IMG/VR virus record: IMGVR_UViG_3300030059_003702
Coordinates: 1-38,497 of that record
From: a virus
Taxonomy: Duplodnaviria; Caudoviricetes
Reading direction: 5' to 3' (one strand)
Length of the DNA: 38,497 bases
The translations under genes and the position numbers were made by a program. The notes beneath the pieces were generated by a model, which searched no databases, was not told the origin of the DNA, and worked only from the letters and a program-made list of their open reading frames with translations. Below are positions 37,333 through 38,497 of this stretch, one piece after another. Within the stretch, counting starts at the first letter, position 1. Every line of letters begins with the position of its first letter.

Positions 37333-38497
37333 AATCAAACTCCTTAGTAAATTTATTAAGGTCTTCTGCGTTGTTCCTTTGGGTATATTTTTCTGTCATA
37401 GATAGCTCACTATGTCTTGCGTGGTCCCTAACTTTTATAGGTGGCACACCATTTAATAAAAGCATTGAAATGCCGGTATCTTTTAATGAATATAATTGGT
37501 ACTCTTCTGGTAAGCTTAGTGCCTTTCTAACTTTGCTCCATTGGTCAGACAGTTTTTTAGGAGCTATAGGAGTTTTACCAGGTAAAAAGTTTTCAGATAT
37601 AATAAAATCTTCATTATCTGCATTTTTAATATGGTCCACTAAATAAGGTATAAAACCATTTAAGATAGAAACGTGTTGCTCTTTTTTGTTTTTAGAAACT
37701 GAGGCATTAATGGTTATGTATTTTTCTTTAAGGTTAAAATCCTTAACCTTTAATTTAGTCATTTCTGTACGTCTTATTAATTCATAAAACATTAACTGAG
37801 TTACAAACAAGTAGCCTTTGTTATTTTTCTTAAGGTATTCTACAATTTCTGCTCTAGCATTAGCATCTACAATTTTTCGCTTTTTAGCACCTACTTTTTT
37901 ACGCTCAAAAGCTTCTGCAGGATTAGCTTTTATATAGTCTCTTTTTAATAAGTATTTTGAAAGTGTATTTAAGAAACTTAGATAATTGTTGTAGGTCCTT
38001 GGCGAGTTGTTTCTACCATAATAAATAAGATCTAGGAAATCAACTAGAAATCGTTTATCATAAATTAAACAAAAGGCATCTGCTCCATAAGTTTCTGCAG
38101 CCCATTCTTTAAGATTCTTAGCAAAACTTTTATTACTCCTTACACTATCTGGTCTTAATGATCCATCTTTTAATTGCTTATCTAAATTTCTTTCATACTG
38201 TAAAATAACATCTTGAAAAATAGCAAAGCTCTGAGAAGCTTCCTTATTGAGTATAGGATTCCAACCACGTTCAAGTAAGTGATTTAGTTTAGCCACTTTT
38301 TGTTTTGCAAAACGTTCTCTATGAGTTTTGTTAGCCATTGGCTTAACCCTCATTTGAAATCTCTTAAGTTTTTTGGTAACAGGATTAAAACAATAATATT
38401 CTATGCGCCAAACGCCTTTATTGCCTTTTTTAAGTTCTGCAGGAGAATAATCTACAATTGCAATTTTTGAATTACTGCGATTTTGAAGTGTGTCCAT
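37322..38497 (-). CDS. int: Tyrosine recombinase / phage integrase
   Basis: Arm-binding N-terminus, SAM-like core (SPRTYNNY), catalytic 'IRRTE', K, 'YSLKDT', 'ARHS', 'TEKY'. Confidence 0.93.
   Translation of the reverse strand: MDTLQNRSNSKIAIVDYSPAELKKGNKGVWRIEYYCFNPVTKKLKRFQMRVKPMANKTHRERFAKQKVAKLNHLLERGWNPILNKEASQSFAIFQDVILQYERNLDKQLKDGSLRPDSVRSNKSFAKNLKEWAAETYGADAFCLIYDKRFLVDFLDLIYYGRNNSPRTYNNYLSFLNTLSKYLLKRDYIKANPAEAFERKKVGAKKRKIVDANARAEIVEYLKKNNKGYLFVTQLMFYELIRRTEMTKLKVKDFNLKEKYITINASVSKNKKEQHVSILNGFIPYLVDHIKNADNEDFIISENFLPGKTPIAPKKLSDQWSKVRKALSLPEEYQLYSLKDTGISMLLLNGVPPIKVRDHARHSELSMTEKYTQRNNAEDLNKFTKEFDFNN

Larger units (their letters stand above)
1..38497. mobile_element. Temperate phage/prophage (long non-contractile tail type) of a Bacteroidota, likely Flavobacteriaceae, host
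   Basis: Repressor/Cro switch, primase-helicase, S49 protease, capsid, terminase, portal, tape measure, endolysin and tyrosine integrase in one contiguous, mostly + strand block; no sheath gene and no host housekeeping genes recognised. Confidence 0.96.

Noticed and set aside
37371-37646. + strand 91-aa ORF
   Set aside because: Entirely antisense to the integrase catalytic domain
1-38497. attL/attR direct repeats
   Set aside because: Window is cut at gene boundaries; no terminal repeat visible
37322-38497. Integrase as inactive pseudogene
   Set aside because: ORF is intact with catalytic R, K, H and Y; YxxK-type variants occur among Bacteroidota integrases

Overview
The whole window is an AT-rich, apparently near-complete temperate siphovirus-type prophage of a Bacteroidota host, probably Flavobacteriaceae (Cys-less DnaG zinc-finger-like domain, TAnnTTTG-type promoters, no Shine-Dalgarno signals noticed). 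It is cropped exactly at the repressor stop codon (left) and the integrase start codon (right), so att sites are not visible. Order: repressor/Cro switch, LuxR-type regulator, DnaG primase-helicase fusion, early accessory genes, iteron-rich origin, putative late activator, S49 prohead protease, major capsid, tail tube, terminases, portal, adaptor, tail fibre, lysis genes, morons, tail completion genes, tape measure, distal tail and tail tip genes, convergent tyrosine integrase. The best candidate for a new system is at 6858-7794: a small array of gene cassettes separated by non-canonical attC-like palindromes (AAC + 5 nt + stem ... stem + 1 nt + GTT). Each cassette has self-complementary ends, one carries a Tad1-family anti-defence nucleotide sponge, and no integron integrase is in the window. 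The array sits inside a ~2 kb block bounded by 31-bp direct repeats. Other non-coding signals: a recurrent TGT(A/C)ATT promoter motif, a moron flanked by a duplicated terminator-promoter unit, and a c4-like switchable RNA leader. All protein calls come from motif recognition and synteny; no database search was run.
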